Part shown: one piece after another, positions 11,787 through 33,684 of the stretch
Layout: the number at the start of each line of letters is the position of its first letter
How positions within the stretch are numbered: position 1 is the first letter of the stretch
The notes under the pieces: model-generated
What the model was told of the DNA's origin: nothing
The model's database searches: none
What the model saw: only the letters and a program-made list of their open reading frames with translations
Assembly: GCA_000004695.1 (NCBI GenBank)
Contig: CM000151.3
Span: 5,280,001 to 5,344,000 of the forward strand
DNA from: Dictyostelium discoideum
Taxonomy: Eukaryota
Direction of reading: 5' to 3'
Length of the DNA stretch: 64,000 nucleotides
Translations under genes and position numbers: made by a program

Positions 11787-13512
11787 TTAACATATTATCT
11801 GTTGATTGATTAAATGTGTTTAAAGGTGGTGATTTTTTAAAATTAACTATTTTACCATTGATGTTTATTGATGTGATATGCGATGGTATATATTTTTTTA
11901 ATTCCTCTATTTTGATATCGTTTTTGAAACCAAATTTCAAATTGATTATTGATGAAGGAAGATTTGATAATGATTCAAAGTGAGCGAAATTTGAACCAAG
12001 GGTTAGCATTATTATTGATCGAGGGATACTATTAGGTAGTATTTTTAAATTGTAATTGTATAATTGTAGATCTGTAACTGATGAAGGGATGTATCTTTGA
12101 TTAATGGTAAATGTAAATCCAGTTCTTAGTGTTAGTATCGAATCTTCAGGAATTAAAATTCCATACTTTTCAATATCAAATCCATCACCAAAGTCTAAAA
12201 ATTCTGGAAGAGTTAAGTTTATTTCGTTTTGAGAAAATTGATTTAATTTATTAAATACAAGATGTTTAACAGATTGAGGAATTGATCGTTTTTTAAGAGG
12301 ATGGTTGAATGATGGTAGCTTTAAATACTTAATACTGTCTGGTAATATACCTGGATCTAAAGGATAGTTGTATGATTGTAATATTAAGTACTCTACACCA
12401 TTAAATATTACCTTACTTTCAAGTGGTTGATTGTAGGTTGGTAATTCTAAATATTTTATACCATGAAAAGTTGGTGGAACAATTACCTGATTGAAAAGTG
12501 GTAATGTGGTACATTCATTTGGAAGGTAAATTGGTTCTATTGTTTCCACTACGCTGTTTTTAATTACATAGTTGTACAATTCATTGGAATTGAATCTAGC
12601 ATTTGGTTTGATTTGTAAACAATGTTGGATAATGTTTTTAAAATGATTTGATAAATGATCAGGGATTACAGGAATACCATTAATATCTAGCAATTTTAGG
12701 TCACCACCTACAATTTCAATTAATGATGAATCATTAATTTCAAAATGTAATTCTGAATCAAATATGGAATGGTCAAAACCAATTATTTTAATAAAATCTG
12801 TAGGTAACATTTTATCATTTTCATCATAAAGTATAAGAATATTTTGGCATTTAATATCAAAATGAATTATACCCATATCATGAATACTCTTTATTGATTT
12901 TATTATTTCAGTAGCTACAATAAATTGTTCTTTTTTATTTAACTTTCCAAATAATCTAGATAATGGAATTGCTTTATCAATATATTCTAAATAAACGTTA
13001 AAAGTATTATTTCCATCTTTACCATACCCATACAACTTTGGAGAGCATTTGCAAATATTTAAAATATCTATAATCCCGACCTATTAACAATGGGTTAATT
13101 AAATTTATAATGGAGGAAATTTAAAGAGATTTTAAATAAGTATGCTTACATTTTTATGTTTTTTGGTATAATAAACTTTATTTTCTGAAATATTTTTTTG
13201 AGGTTTATATTCTTCATGAATATATTGAATAATTTCCCAGTTTTGTTCGACATGTATTGGGTTATCTGATAATTTGAGATCTCTAACCCTAGTGGTTAAT
13301 GTTTCAGATGTGGGCAATTGTTTATTGCATGGTAAATGGAGACATTCCACACTATTTGGTAATGTTCCTGGTGTGAGTGCTTGATTATAGGATGATAAAT
13401 CGAGACATTCCACACCATTTGGTAGTACTCCTGGTGTGAGTGCTTGATTATAGGATGATAAATCGAGATATTTTACAAAAGGTGAGACTTCGGCGGTAAA
13501 AACAAATTCTTT
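11731..13512 (-). CDS. Tandem paralogue: FNIP-repeat pseudokinase (HFD and GFD in place of HRD and DFG); no in-frame ATG found, so possibly a pseudogene
   Basis: Exon 11731..13080 (450 codons): degenerate kinase core KLYGYGKDGNNTFNVYLEYI...MGIIHFDIKCQNIL...IIGFDHS followed by about 10 FNIP repeats. It joins in phase to an upstream exon ending AAT|GTAAGC (donor 13149-13144; acceptor ttaatag| at 13081). The upstream exon frame (FNIP-like repeats plus a degenerate N-lobe) is open from a TGA near 13513 down to 13150 and contains no ATG, and no upstream ATG exon is evident before the DOCK gene 3' end. Confidence 0.5.
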
Positions 13513-13774
13513 TCATGTTGTTGGGATAACTCGAGTTATCTTTTTCAAAAAAAACTTTTTTGTTCAGAATTAATTCAATTATTCACTAATAGTTCCAATA
13601 TTATTTATTCACAACCAAAATAAAAAATATTAAAAAAAAAAAAAAAGAAAAAATTTCAATAATAATTTTTATTTTATTTTATTATTACAACAATTTATTT
13701 AAATAGTTTTTTTTTTTTTTTTTTTTTTTTTAATTTTATATATATATATTTTTAGTTTTTTTTTTTTTTTTTTT

Positions 13775-16700
13775 TTAGTCAGATTTAAAACCACTAGAAA
13801 GACGTTGAGTAAAAGATTTTCTACTAACATGAGAAGTTGATAATAAATTATTAAAATTTGAATCATCATCATTCTCTAATGAAATTGTACTACCACTACC
13901 AGTTGAATTTCTATTTGGATTTGAACTATTTCTATTATGAGATTTTGTTGGAGTATTGTTACCACTACTTGAACCAGTATTATTAATCATTGAGGAATTT
14001 AATTGAATAACTGGAGAACCACTACCACCAAAATTATTACTACTTCCATAGATACTACTATTACTAAGATTATTATTACTACTAGTGCCATTAGAATTTG
14101 AATTTAAAGTTGGATAATAGGAGCCTTCTGGTGGTAAAACACCTAAAGACTCCATTAAATCAGTTAATTGAATATAACCTTGTTCCATTTCTTCTTGGAA
14201 TTCTTGAGAGGATTGATTTTCAACTAAACCTTTATTAATGAATAATGCTTCAGAGCAACTACCCAAAAATAATGATAAACTTTTCTTTAACTTTTTAATT
14301 TGTTCCAATGGATAATTATAGGCACCACTTGTTGGGTCAGTTGCCAAAAATACTCTACAAATTTCCTGTGGACCAATGTTAACTTGTAATCTTAGAGTAC
14401 CTTGAAGTACTTGTTGAAGTGTTTTTGGATTTGGTACTTTTGAACGAACTTCATTTGAAATGGTTTCAGTTCGTTGATCAATGGTTTCAATTGAATTTTC
14501 AATGGGTGACAAGATAACCTCTTGTTTTGAAATCACAGAGATACGTTTCTTTGTATATGGGAAATAGTTTGATGTCTTTAGAATGGTTTTACGTTTATAT
14601 TGTTCAGCGATTGAATTTGCACGACCTGCACCACTTTCAATGAATGGAGTTTCGAAAATGAATCGATTCAAATGAACGATTCTATCGAATGGAGTTCTAC
14701 GACCAACCAATTCCTCCTCAGTAAAGTAGGGTACAACAGAGGTAATTTGAAGATAACATTTGGCAGCATCTTGTTCAATCGATGAAATATCTACAGTTGA
14801 ACCTTCAATGATTACAATTGAATCCTCTGGTACAGAGAGTTTCTTTGAATAAAGTGATTTCAAACGATCTTTAATCTCGACCAATCTTGTAATCTTTGGT
14901 TCTTTATAGATGAATTCTTTACCATTCATCTCTTCAAATCTCTTTCCATAGAGACCAACTCTATAGTATGAACCAAGCATACGAGATTGAGTATTTGTAC
15001 ATTCAACAATTCTCTTGAAAATATCTTGTAAATCACCATGACAACGTGCCAACTCTTGATAATTTAAATGTTCTTCATGAACTGGTAATAACAATTTATA
15101 GACCAAATTTGCAATTTCAAAATATTCACTCTCTTTTAAGAGTAAAATAGCTTCTTGAACCAATTTCAAAAAGAAATCCAATGTAAACGATTGATTATCA
15201 TCGGCTCCATCTTCTTCACGTTCAATGAATGTATGAGATTCCTCTAAAGAGTTTTTATTAATTGCCATGAAATTATTTGAACCATTAATAGTTGGAATTG
15301 GTTTACCAATCAATGATAGATATTCAGCTACCAATGAAGACATATGTAAATAACATTGAGCTGCCTCTACATAATTCTCTTGAGTACGATGGAAATCTGC
15401 TAAACCTTGTAACCAACAAATACGAGTATCAGCATTACTTTTATTATTATCAGCGATACGATGATATAAATCGGCCACCATTTCAGGATCATCACGATGA
15501 TTATTAATCTTTATATTATCAATTACAAATGTATGTAAACGTTTGGTTAGATCTTCAATTTGTTTTGAGAATGATTTAGTACCAGCTTTATCAGCTTGAG
15601 CATAGGCATAGGAATTAATTGTATCCAATGATTTCTTTAAGAAATAATCATCATTGATACTTTTTACTATTGTTGATAAACCAATTGTAACTTGAGTTTT
15701 TGTACGTACGAAATTCTTTTTAGTTTGTTCGAAATTCTTTCTAAATAGAATATAGGTGAATGCTGATGCCTCTTCACGTGTGGTTTGATTCACTGAATTA
15801 CAATGACGAATTACTGCATTACAAAGATCCAAACAGAATGAATTATTATTTTCAAATAATATCTTTGGGAATCTATAAATGAATTGACGTAATGTTGCAT
15901 AAAGTTTTGGTACCAATTGAACTGGTTGATTCTTTTTTAACATTGAATGTAAAAGATTGAATATCTTTTCAATTACATCGAAATAATGTGTTGTTTTAAG
16001 ATCTCTATCGTATTCACACATAAATTCATCAACAACATCTAAAACTACAGATCCAACTTCCAATGCTAAATGACTCTCTAATCTATCATCATAATCTGAA
16101 ATATTAATTTTATTTTGTGCTAATGTACTTTTCATTCTTTTTTCATTTCTAAGTGTACCACTACCTGATGAAACATCTCTTGTTGTACTTGGTGAATAAT
16201 TTGAATTATTATTTTGATTTTGATATCCTGATCCTGATCCATTTAATGATGATGTTGATGTTGATTCAATTAAACTACCACCACTACTACCACTTGAACC
16301 ACTACTTTTTGATGAATAACCTGAACCACTACCACCACCACTACTTGTTACAAATGATGTTGATAATAAATTTGAATTACTTGTACTATTAATTAAAATA
16401 GTTGAAGATGATGGACTACCACTAACATTATTATTATTATTATTACTACTACCAACATTATTATTATTAGAATAATTATTTTCTAAAACACTCTTTCTTG
16501 AATCAACTCTTTTTTCACGTAATGATCTATTATATAATTTTTTACTACCATATGGTGAATTTCTAGAATTTGAATAAAAATCTTCTAAAATTGATTTAGC
16601 AGTTGAAGTACGTAAAGATGTTGAAGATTCAACTTTATCCATTAAAATTTCTTTACCAACAAATTCGAAAATCTCTAAACATTGATTTAAAATATCAAAT

Positions 16701-19667
16701 AATGTTACATATTTTGCTTTTGGTTCTTCACGCCACCAAATCTTTATTAGATTGATATGAATAGTTTTCAAAAGATAAATGAATGAAACTAAAATATTTC
16801 TTTTCATAATAAAAGAATCATCTTTAATATTATCCCAATTATTTACTACAATGGTTAAATAAGGTGTGAAAACACCAACGATTCTTTGTTTATTTGATTG
16901 ATCGAACCATCTTGTATCCATTTCTAATCTTGTTAGGGTATCTCTTAATGAATTTGCAGCATCCATACGAATTAAAGGTATTTTTGAACCAATACCAGCG
17001 CTAATATTATTTAAAAGTAAATCTGAAAGGAAATGTTTTGAAGAGGTTAAAATATTTGTCAACTTTGAGGTTGAATCGATTCTAAATGGTAATGGTATAT
17101 TCAATTGAACGAAATAATCATTTTGGCAAATGATTCTAAGGAATTCGAATTTCAATTCATAGATTTCCATTTCATTCTCACCACCGATTTGATTGTTATG
17201 AGTGAAATCGTTGACTGCACGATCAATGATTTTAAATACATAACCCCGATCAGCTATTGAAACCAAACAAGATATGAAACCTGCTAAACTTCTAATTAAT
17301 TCTTTAGCCAATTTAAAGGTATGTTTTGCACGTGTTGATGATTCCCATCTTAGAATTGAAATCAATTTCGCCAATTGTGGTCTAACACCAACGAATCTAC
17401 CCTTACGAGTTTTATTCTCTTCTCTCTTATTACGTTCAATCAATGATAATGCCATTGATTTATGAATTACTTGAAAGAAGAATCTAGAGAATCTAAGAAT
17501 ATTTTCAGAGTTTTGTTCTTGGAATCTAACCAATTCTAACCATGTTTTAATTAAAACCTCATATGTTGGTAAAAATTCAATATTACTACCTGCTTGATTG
17601 TTTACATTTGAGAAAACATATTTAACATAACGATCCGATATAGTACTACCAACATCATTAACCATTGATAATATTTCACCAATAGTTATAAATGTTACCA
17701 TTGATAACTCTGATGAATGTTGTTGATTTGTCATTAATCTAAATAATTGATTCATTAAAATTGGGAAAAATTGAATTATACATTCTAATTTACTTGATGG
17801 TAACAATTTAATTGATTTAATTAATTGTTCCATTGTTGAATTTGATGGTGATATATTCGTTGTTGTTGTTGTTGTTGTTGTTGTTGTAGTTGTTGAATTA
17901 TTATTATTATTATTATTACTATTTGATAAATTTTGAGATGAAATTGTTGGTGAAGTTAAAATTGAAGGTGAAGTTACTGATGGTGTTGAAGTTGGAGTTG
18001 GTGATAAACTTGGTGAAGCTAAACAATTATTTATAAATGAAAACTGTGAAATATTATTAAAGAAACTATTTAAATAATCATCAGTTGAATGAATGGATGA
18101 TACTAATTTTGAACGTACTTGAAAGATTGGTTTCTTATTATCAATATATTTGATTGTTGCCTCTTGATCACGTCTAGTATAACGTGATGGGAATTCATAA
18201 GCCAATGGTAAATTGAAAACTTCTTCACCAATCATCTTTCCATATTGAATGATTGGTAAAACACCATAAGCCACTGGTTGATCGACTAAATCACCACCAC
18301 CACTACTCTTTTGACAAGCGATATGATAGAATGTGAATAGAATATGTAAAGATGGTGATGGTGATAATGGTAATCTAATCTTAATTTCATCATTGAAAAC
18401 TGGTGTTTTTGAATGATAGGTAACTTGTGTATACGCTTTGGAATTGAATGATTGAGTTTTACTCTTACCATAGATTGCTTTCAAACCTTCTGGACATAAT
18501 GGATTCTCATCAGTCTCTAATAATTGTATTTTACATGTAAGATTTCTAGCTGCAAATGATCCACTACGATTTGATAAATTCAATGTCTCTGGATATAAAT
18601 AAAGATTATTTACAAATTCTGTATTAATTTCAAATCTTTGATTTGATGAAAATTCATGACATTCTTTAATAATATTTTCAATACCAATATTTGATGGTAT
18701 TTTACCAGGTTGATTAATATTATTATTATTTTGTTCAGTACTATTTTGAGTTGTTGTTGTTGTTGATTGTTGTTGTTGTTGATCTAATTGTGGTAAATCA
18801 ATTTTAATTAAAGAACTATTTAAAATAAATTTTTTATTATTTAAATAAGGTGATTGTTGATCATTTGGTAAAATTTCTTTAATATCAACTAAACACTGAC
18901 CAGGAATAATTTTTAATTTCTTTGCAGAAGCACTTTTTGAACCTTCTGATAAAGTTGAATCCAACATTGAAGAATCAGTCATTTCTGAACGATGACGATA
19001 GAGTGGACGAATTGGGGTATCTTCACCTACACCCTCTTCAAAAACTGGTACACAACCCCAACAGAAAGCTTGTCTAAATGCACCCAATCTTGTGCAAGAT
19101 GATTTAATTGATTCTTTGAATTTATCCTTTTCCTTTTCTTTCAAGTTCATTTTAATGTATGGTTCAGAATGATCCTCTAAATCACCGGTTAAAACTTTTT
19201 CAACCTTAAGTATCAAATAAATATTCTCCAACTCTGATGAAGATCGGGCGGTAACATTAAATATTGCAGATTTTGCCAATGTTACATCATCGACAACCAC
19301 ATCTTTTGATGAGGCACCCGATGAAGTTGTTATATGACTAGTGGTCATTTTAAAGGATTTATCATTGATGAAATCGAAATAGAATGTCTCTGATAATCTT
19401 GCTTTCTTTTGAATATCATATAAATACATTGAACAATAGAATGGTTCAGGTTCATCATCACCATCCCAAAATTTAAATGATAAATCTTTGAATGTAACTT
19501 GAATAATTCTTTTCTTTTCTTTTTGATATGGTGTTGGTTCTTGATATTGTACAGTTGGTTCTGATAATGTAAAATATGAATATAATCCAAATTCTGTATT
19601 ATTATTTTCACCATTATTATTATTATTATTGTTATTACTATTATTATTATTTTCACCATTATTATTT

Positions 19668-19701
<34 letters not shown>

Positions 19702-20728
19702 TGTTAATTAAAACTTTCTCCTTTCTAAATTGTCTTTCTAAATAATGTAAATGTAATTTATCAGGTTTATCAGTTTTAAGTGTATTTTGAATTTGAAATT
19801 GATGTTGTTGTGATAAATAATTAACTTCTTTAAGATTTTGTTGTTGTTGAAATTGTAATGCTGCCATTTGTTGTTGTTGTGGTGTTTGTTGTTGTGGTGC
19901 TAATTTGGCTTCTAATGCTGCTTCCGATGCTATCTTTTGAGCTTGTGATATACTAATATTAACATTACTATTTAAATTATTAATATTTACAATTGGTTCC
20001 GTCTTAAACTCAATTCTTTCCTCTGTCAATTGATGTACTATTGCACCTGGTGTTTCGTTTTTATAATAATTAAATGTTTTCAATGATTTCCATGTATTAT
20101 TTGAATAAAATTTAATACAATCATCAATATGTTGATTCTTATTTTCTTTATAATCCTATAAATATTTTTAAAAAAAAAATAATTAATAATTAATAATTAA
20201 TAATAAAAAACAACAATTAATAATAATTATTATTATTATTTTTAAAATACAAACAAATGGATTAGATTTAATTCTATTTTCTTTTGGTAAATTTTCAATT
20301 TGATTTTGTGTTGCATCATCAGGGATTACAACTAATTCTCTAGAGACTTCTCTATTGATTTCTTTAGATTCATAGTAATATCTTTCGAAATCGAATGGAT
20401 AATCTTCTTCTTTTTCAATTTCATCCTCTAATAGAATCGATGGGATTTGTCTTGTATTTCTCTTTTGGTAGTTTTCATTATATTGTGCCAAGTCACTGGT
20501 TGAATTTGATACTGAAACATTACCACTACTACCACCACCACCATTGGATATTGATGATGTTGATGATGATGCTGATGATATCGATTGTGATAATATTGAT
20601 GAGTTTGGTGATGATGATGACATTGAGGTTGGTAATGTTTGACTATTACTTGATCCTGTTAAATTCATACTACTACCACCTGTCGATTTTCTACTCTTTA
20701 AAAATGTAGAAACTTTTTTACCTTCCAT
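13775..20728 (-). CDS. DOCK-family Rho/Rac guanine-nucleotide exchange factor with DHR-1 and DHR-2; 2 exons, about 2,284 aa
   Basis: Exon 1 20255..20728 (Ser-rich N-terminus) ends CCA TTT|GTTTGT. A 99-nt intron 20156..20254 ends tatag|. Exon 2 13775..20155 is in phase. A DHR-1 C2-like motif, ARNLTCKIQLL...LHILFTFYHIACQ, matches the DOCK180 DHR-1 core. The C-terminal DHR-2 region reads ...RMLGSYYRVGLYGKRF...IVHLNRFIFETPF. Confidence 0.8.
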
Positions 20729-21704
20729 TATTTTTTTTTTTTTATTTTTTTTTTTTATTTTTTATTTATTTTTTTTTTTTTCTAAATTTAGATTTTTATT
20801 TATATTTTATAAATCTAGAAAAAAAATAATAATAAAATAAAATTTTGTTTATATCTTTGGTTTTTTTTTTTTCTTTTTTTTTTTTTTGTGTTTTTATTTT
20901 CTATTTTTTAATTACACTAATAAAATAAGTTTAAAATTAGAATTTGACTTTTTTTTTAATTCAAAAATAAAAAAAAAATAAAAAAATAAAAAAATGATAA
21001 AAAAAAAAATAATAAAAATAAAAATAAAAAATAAAAAACCAAACCAATAATAAAAAATTTATTAATAAATTTTTTATTTTTGGTACGAGTTGTTAAACCC
21101 CATAAATTAATCTATTTTTAAAACTTACAATATATACAAATATATATGTTACCAACCAACAAAAAATCAAAAAAAAAAAAATAAAAAAATAAAAAAATAA
21201 TAAAAAAAATCAAAAAAAAAAAAAAAAAAAAAATTTTAAAAAAGAAAAAAAAAAAAAAAAAAAAAAAAAACAAAAAACCAAAAAAAAAAAAAAAAAAAAA
21301 AAATAAAATAAAATAAAAAAATATTTAATCAAGGTTTTAAAATTATTTCATTGATCAAAAATGATGATTCCCAACATCAATTTTTTATTAAAAAAAAAAA
21401 AAAAAAGATATCTTTATTGTTAAATATATTTTTTATTTTTTTTATTTTTTTGGGTTTTGTTTTTTTTATATTTTATTTTACAACGTTGTAAATGACTTAA
21501 TTTGGATTTCCTTTTTTTTATTTTTTTAATTTTAAATTTTTAATTATTATTTTATTTTTATTTCAATTACTTAATAGTCAAAAAAATTATTTTATTTTAT
21601 TTTATTTTATTTTATTTTATTTTATTTTAATTTATTTTATTTTAATAACTAAAATTTTTTTTTTTTTTTTGGAAAAAATCTTTTATGATAATGCGAGCTT
21701 TAAA

Positions 21705-21736
<32 letters not shown>

Positions 21737-22019
21737 CAAAAAATATTTTTTTTTTTATTTTTTTTTTTAATTTTTTTTTAATTTTAAAATTGTTGTCTGA
21801 AAAAAAATAGAATCATTAATTTAAATAAACTAAAATTTGTGGTTGTTTTTATTTATTTATTTATTTTTATTTATTTATTTATTTTTATTTATTTATTTTT
21901 ATTTATTTATTTTTATTTATTCATTTTTTTTTTTTCAAATTTTTTTTTTTAATTTTTTAATTTTTTTTTTTTTATTTAATTTTTTATATTTATTTATTTT
22001 GTAATATTCATTTGCTACA

Positions 22020-22053
<34 letters not shown>

Positions 22054-22162
22054 AAAACTCGTAATAACTTTAAACTGTAAAATAAAAATAAAATTAAAGA
22101 TATTAAAAATAATTACACATCAAAATAATTTTTGTTATTAATTTTTTTTTTTTTAAAAATTG

Positions 22163-22194
<32 letters not shown>

Positions 22195-22344
22195 ACATTC
22201 AATAATTAAAAAAAAAAAAAACAATACCAGTAAATAATTTTAAAAAAAAAAAAAAAAAAAAGATATAGATAGAGAGGGGAGCAAAAGAGAGAGAGAGAGA
22301 GAGAGAGGAAATAAAAAACATAATAGAGAAGTGATAATCAAATA

Positions 22345-31304
<8,960 letters not shown>

Positions 31305-31439
31305 AAAATTAATTAAAAAAAAAAAAAAAGTAATAAAAAAATAATATTTTGTAGCATATAGTAAAAAAAATTATCAAATATTTATTTTATTTATTTTTTT
31401 ATTTTATTTTATTTTATTTTAATTATTTATTTAATTTAT

Positions 31440-33176
31440 TTAATTAATTAATTTTTCCTTTTTCTTTAAAACTAACTTTATGGAATCAATTGTTAAATTT
31501 TTACAAATTGAAGATAATTTTGAAGAATCTAATAAAATTGTTCCATTTTCTTTTGTTAAATTCCAATCACTAATATTAATATTTGGATCAATTTCATTTC
31601 TTAAAATATCTTTTAACTCTAAAAATGTATGATCTAAAATTGCTTCAATTTCAAAAGTTTGTAAAAATTTTTCAGAATTAATATCTTGAATGATATCGAT
31701 TGTAACTGTAATAGTTTTTGGTTCTATTGAAAAAATAGGTTGTTTAGTTGTTGTATGTTTAATTGGAGAAATAATATTATTAATTGTTGATTGTAAAAAT
31801 GATGTTTCATTTGATTTTGAAGGAGCTAAATTTTGATTTTGATTTTTACTTTGAGTTATTAAATCTTTTTCATTTTTAATTTTACAAAGTTGAACTGCTT
31901 TTGTTAATAATCTAAGATATTGAATATCTTTTGAAATATCTTTAGTTGTTTCATTTTCAGTGTAATTATTAATAATAAAAGTATTTGATTTTTGAATTGA
32001 TAATTCATTTACTTTATTTAAAAGTTCTTGGAAAACATTTTTAGTTAGTGAATCAACAAATGTAATTGCCATCAAAGGTGTTATACCAACTTTTATAACT
32101 TCTTGAATTTTTTTTTCAATTTTTGACATTGCTGTTGCATCATTGAAATTTCTAATTGAAACAACAAATATGAAACAATCAATACGATATTCTTCATTTG
32201 GTAGTTGAATTAAACAATCATTTTTTGATGTACCATGATGAATTCTACCCTCGGCTTTATGTTTTAACTCAACATCAGTATCTACAAAACCCCATGTATC
32301 GGTCCATACAATATCGATATCCTTAAAAGATTCTTGAACAGGATGAATATCATATTTTGATTGTAAAATTTCTTTTAATGATGTACAATCCACAGATCTT
32401 GTAACATGGTCACCATTTGAACGATTTGCAATAAAATATTCAACAAAATCAAATGTTGGATTAAATAAATTTACAAATCCATTTAAACATGTACTTTTAC
32501 CATTTCCAATACCACCTTCAACACCAATTGAAACTCTATATTTTGATTTTAAGTCACCTAAAAAGTAACAAATATTTAACCAAATGAATCCTTCAATTAT
32601 ATTTTCTTTATCATTAAATAATTCAATATTAAATTCAATATGCGATGGGAAATTTTGATATTGGCTCTTTTCAATTTGACCCTTTTTATAATCTAATCTA
32701 ATTGTTTCTTCATATGGGTGACCAAATAAAATATCATTTTTAATTTGAATTGTATATCCAGAGTAATATTTACTTGGTAAAAATTTAATTTTTGAACCAG
32801 ATGGTATACATGATGTATTTCCATCTGGTTTTAAAACTATGTCTAAATATAAATCATCTTTAATTGATTGAGTTTCATTTGAATGTGGAAAAACTTCAAT
32901 ATTAATTGGACAATTAATTGATGATCCTTGTTCTGAATTTAAATCTGAACTTTTCAATAAATTTGAAATATCTTTACTTGGATTTTTGCTAAATGGAATC
33001 ACAACTATATCTGGTAATAATGTTTGTAAATTCTTAACTCCTTCTTCACCACAACCTGCAATACCATAAATAAAATTATTTTCTAAACTCATAATTTCAA
33101 CTAAACCATCTGATGAATCATCACTTGATATTCCACTTTTTAAAATTAAAAAAAAGAAAAAAAAAATATTAATCAC
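31440..33176 (-). CDS. Divergent P-loop GTPase-like protein (G1 GGIGNGKST, G3 DTWG, no canonical NKxD); the 5' end is uncertain
   Basis: Continuous 578-codon track ORF. The first ATG in the frame gives MSLENNFIYGIAGCGEE.... Motifs VSIGVEGGIGNGKSTCLNGF, DIDIVWTDTWGFVD and CFIFVVSIRNF suggest a TRAFAC-class GTPase (immunity-associated-GTPase-like), followed by a long alpha-helical C-terminal region. Confidence 0.6.
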   Translation of the reverse strand: MINIFFFFFLILKSGISSDDSSDGLVEIMSLENNFIYGIAGCGEEGVKNLQTLLPDIVVIPFSKNPSKDISNLLKSSDLNSEQGSSINCPINIEVFPHSNETQSIKDDLYLDIVLKPDGNTSCIPSGSKIKFLPSKYYSGYTIQIKNDILFGHPYEETIRLDYKKGQIEKSQYQNFPSHIEFNIELFNDKENIIEGFIWLNICYFLGDLKSKYRVSIGVEGGIGNGKSTCLNGFVNLFNPTFDFVEYFIANRSNGDHVTRSVDCTSLKEILQSKYDIHPVQESFKDIDIVWTDTWGFVDTDVELKHKAEGRIHHGTSKNDCLIQLPNEEYRIDCFIFVVSIRNFNDATAMSKIEKKIQEVIKVGITPLMAITFVDSLTKNVFQELLNKVNELSIQKSNTFIINNYTENETTKDISKDIQYLRLLTKAVQLCKIKNEKDLITQSKNQNQNLAPSKSNETSFLQSTINNIISPIKHTTTKQPIFSIEPKTITVTIDIIQDINSEKFLQTFEIEAILDHTFLELKDILRNEIDPNINISDWNLTKENGTILLDSSKLSSICKNLTIDSIKLVLKKKEKLIN

Positions 33177-33399
33177 TTTTTTTTTTTTTTTTTTTTACTT
33201 TTGATAAACAATAATTATTATAACTTTTAAATTTACCTTGAAAATATTATAATATTAGAAATAGAAGTATCTGATCTAAATGACTCAATATTTTTATAAC
33301 ATTCTTGTAAAGCCAATCCAAAATTTGCTTGGTTACTTGTTTTGGAAAATTTTACTAAAAAAAAAAAAAAAAAAAATTATTTATAATTTCATATAAAAA

Positions 33400-33684
33400 T
33401 TAAAATATAAAATATAAATACTTACTCTCTTTTATTGAATCCCTTAATAAAATTGGTTGTTGATCAAATTCAAAAATTTGTAAAACCTCCTCATTATAAG
33501 TAATAATTTGTATTTCCGATTCTTTTTGTGTTTTTTGAAGATTTTGAATAAAAGTTTTGATTGAAACATTGTATAAAGCCATATTTAAAGTGTTTTCTAC
33601 TAAAATAGAAAAATACAACTTATCACTTTCTACATTTTGCAATGATTTTATTTCTGTTTTTAAAGCTTGTCTTTGGATATTCAT
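33400..33684 (-). CDS. Possible upstream exon or small ORF adjacent to the GTPase-like gene
   Basis: Coding-like 94-codon ORF (MNIQRQALKTEIKSLQ...) ending at a GTAAGT donor after AAA GAG A. A phase-matched acceptor (ggtttag|TTGAA, giving ...KE-I-EIMSLENN) exists but has a weak polypyrimidine tract, so the linkage is unproven. Confidence 0.3.
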   Translation of the reverse strand: MNIQRQALKTEIKSLQNVESDKLYFSILVENTLNMALYNVSIKTFIQNLQKTQKESEIQIITYNEEVLQIFEFDQQPILLRDSIKESKYLYFIF

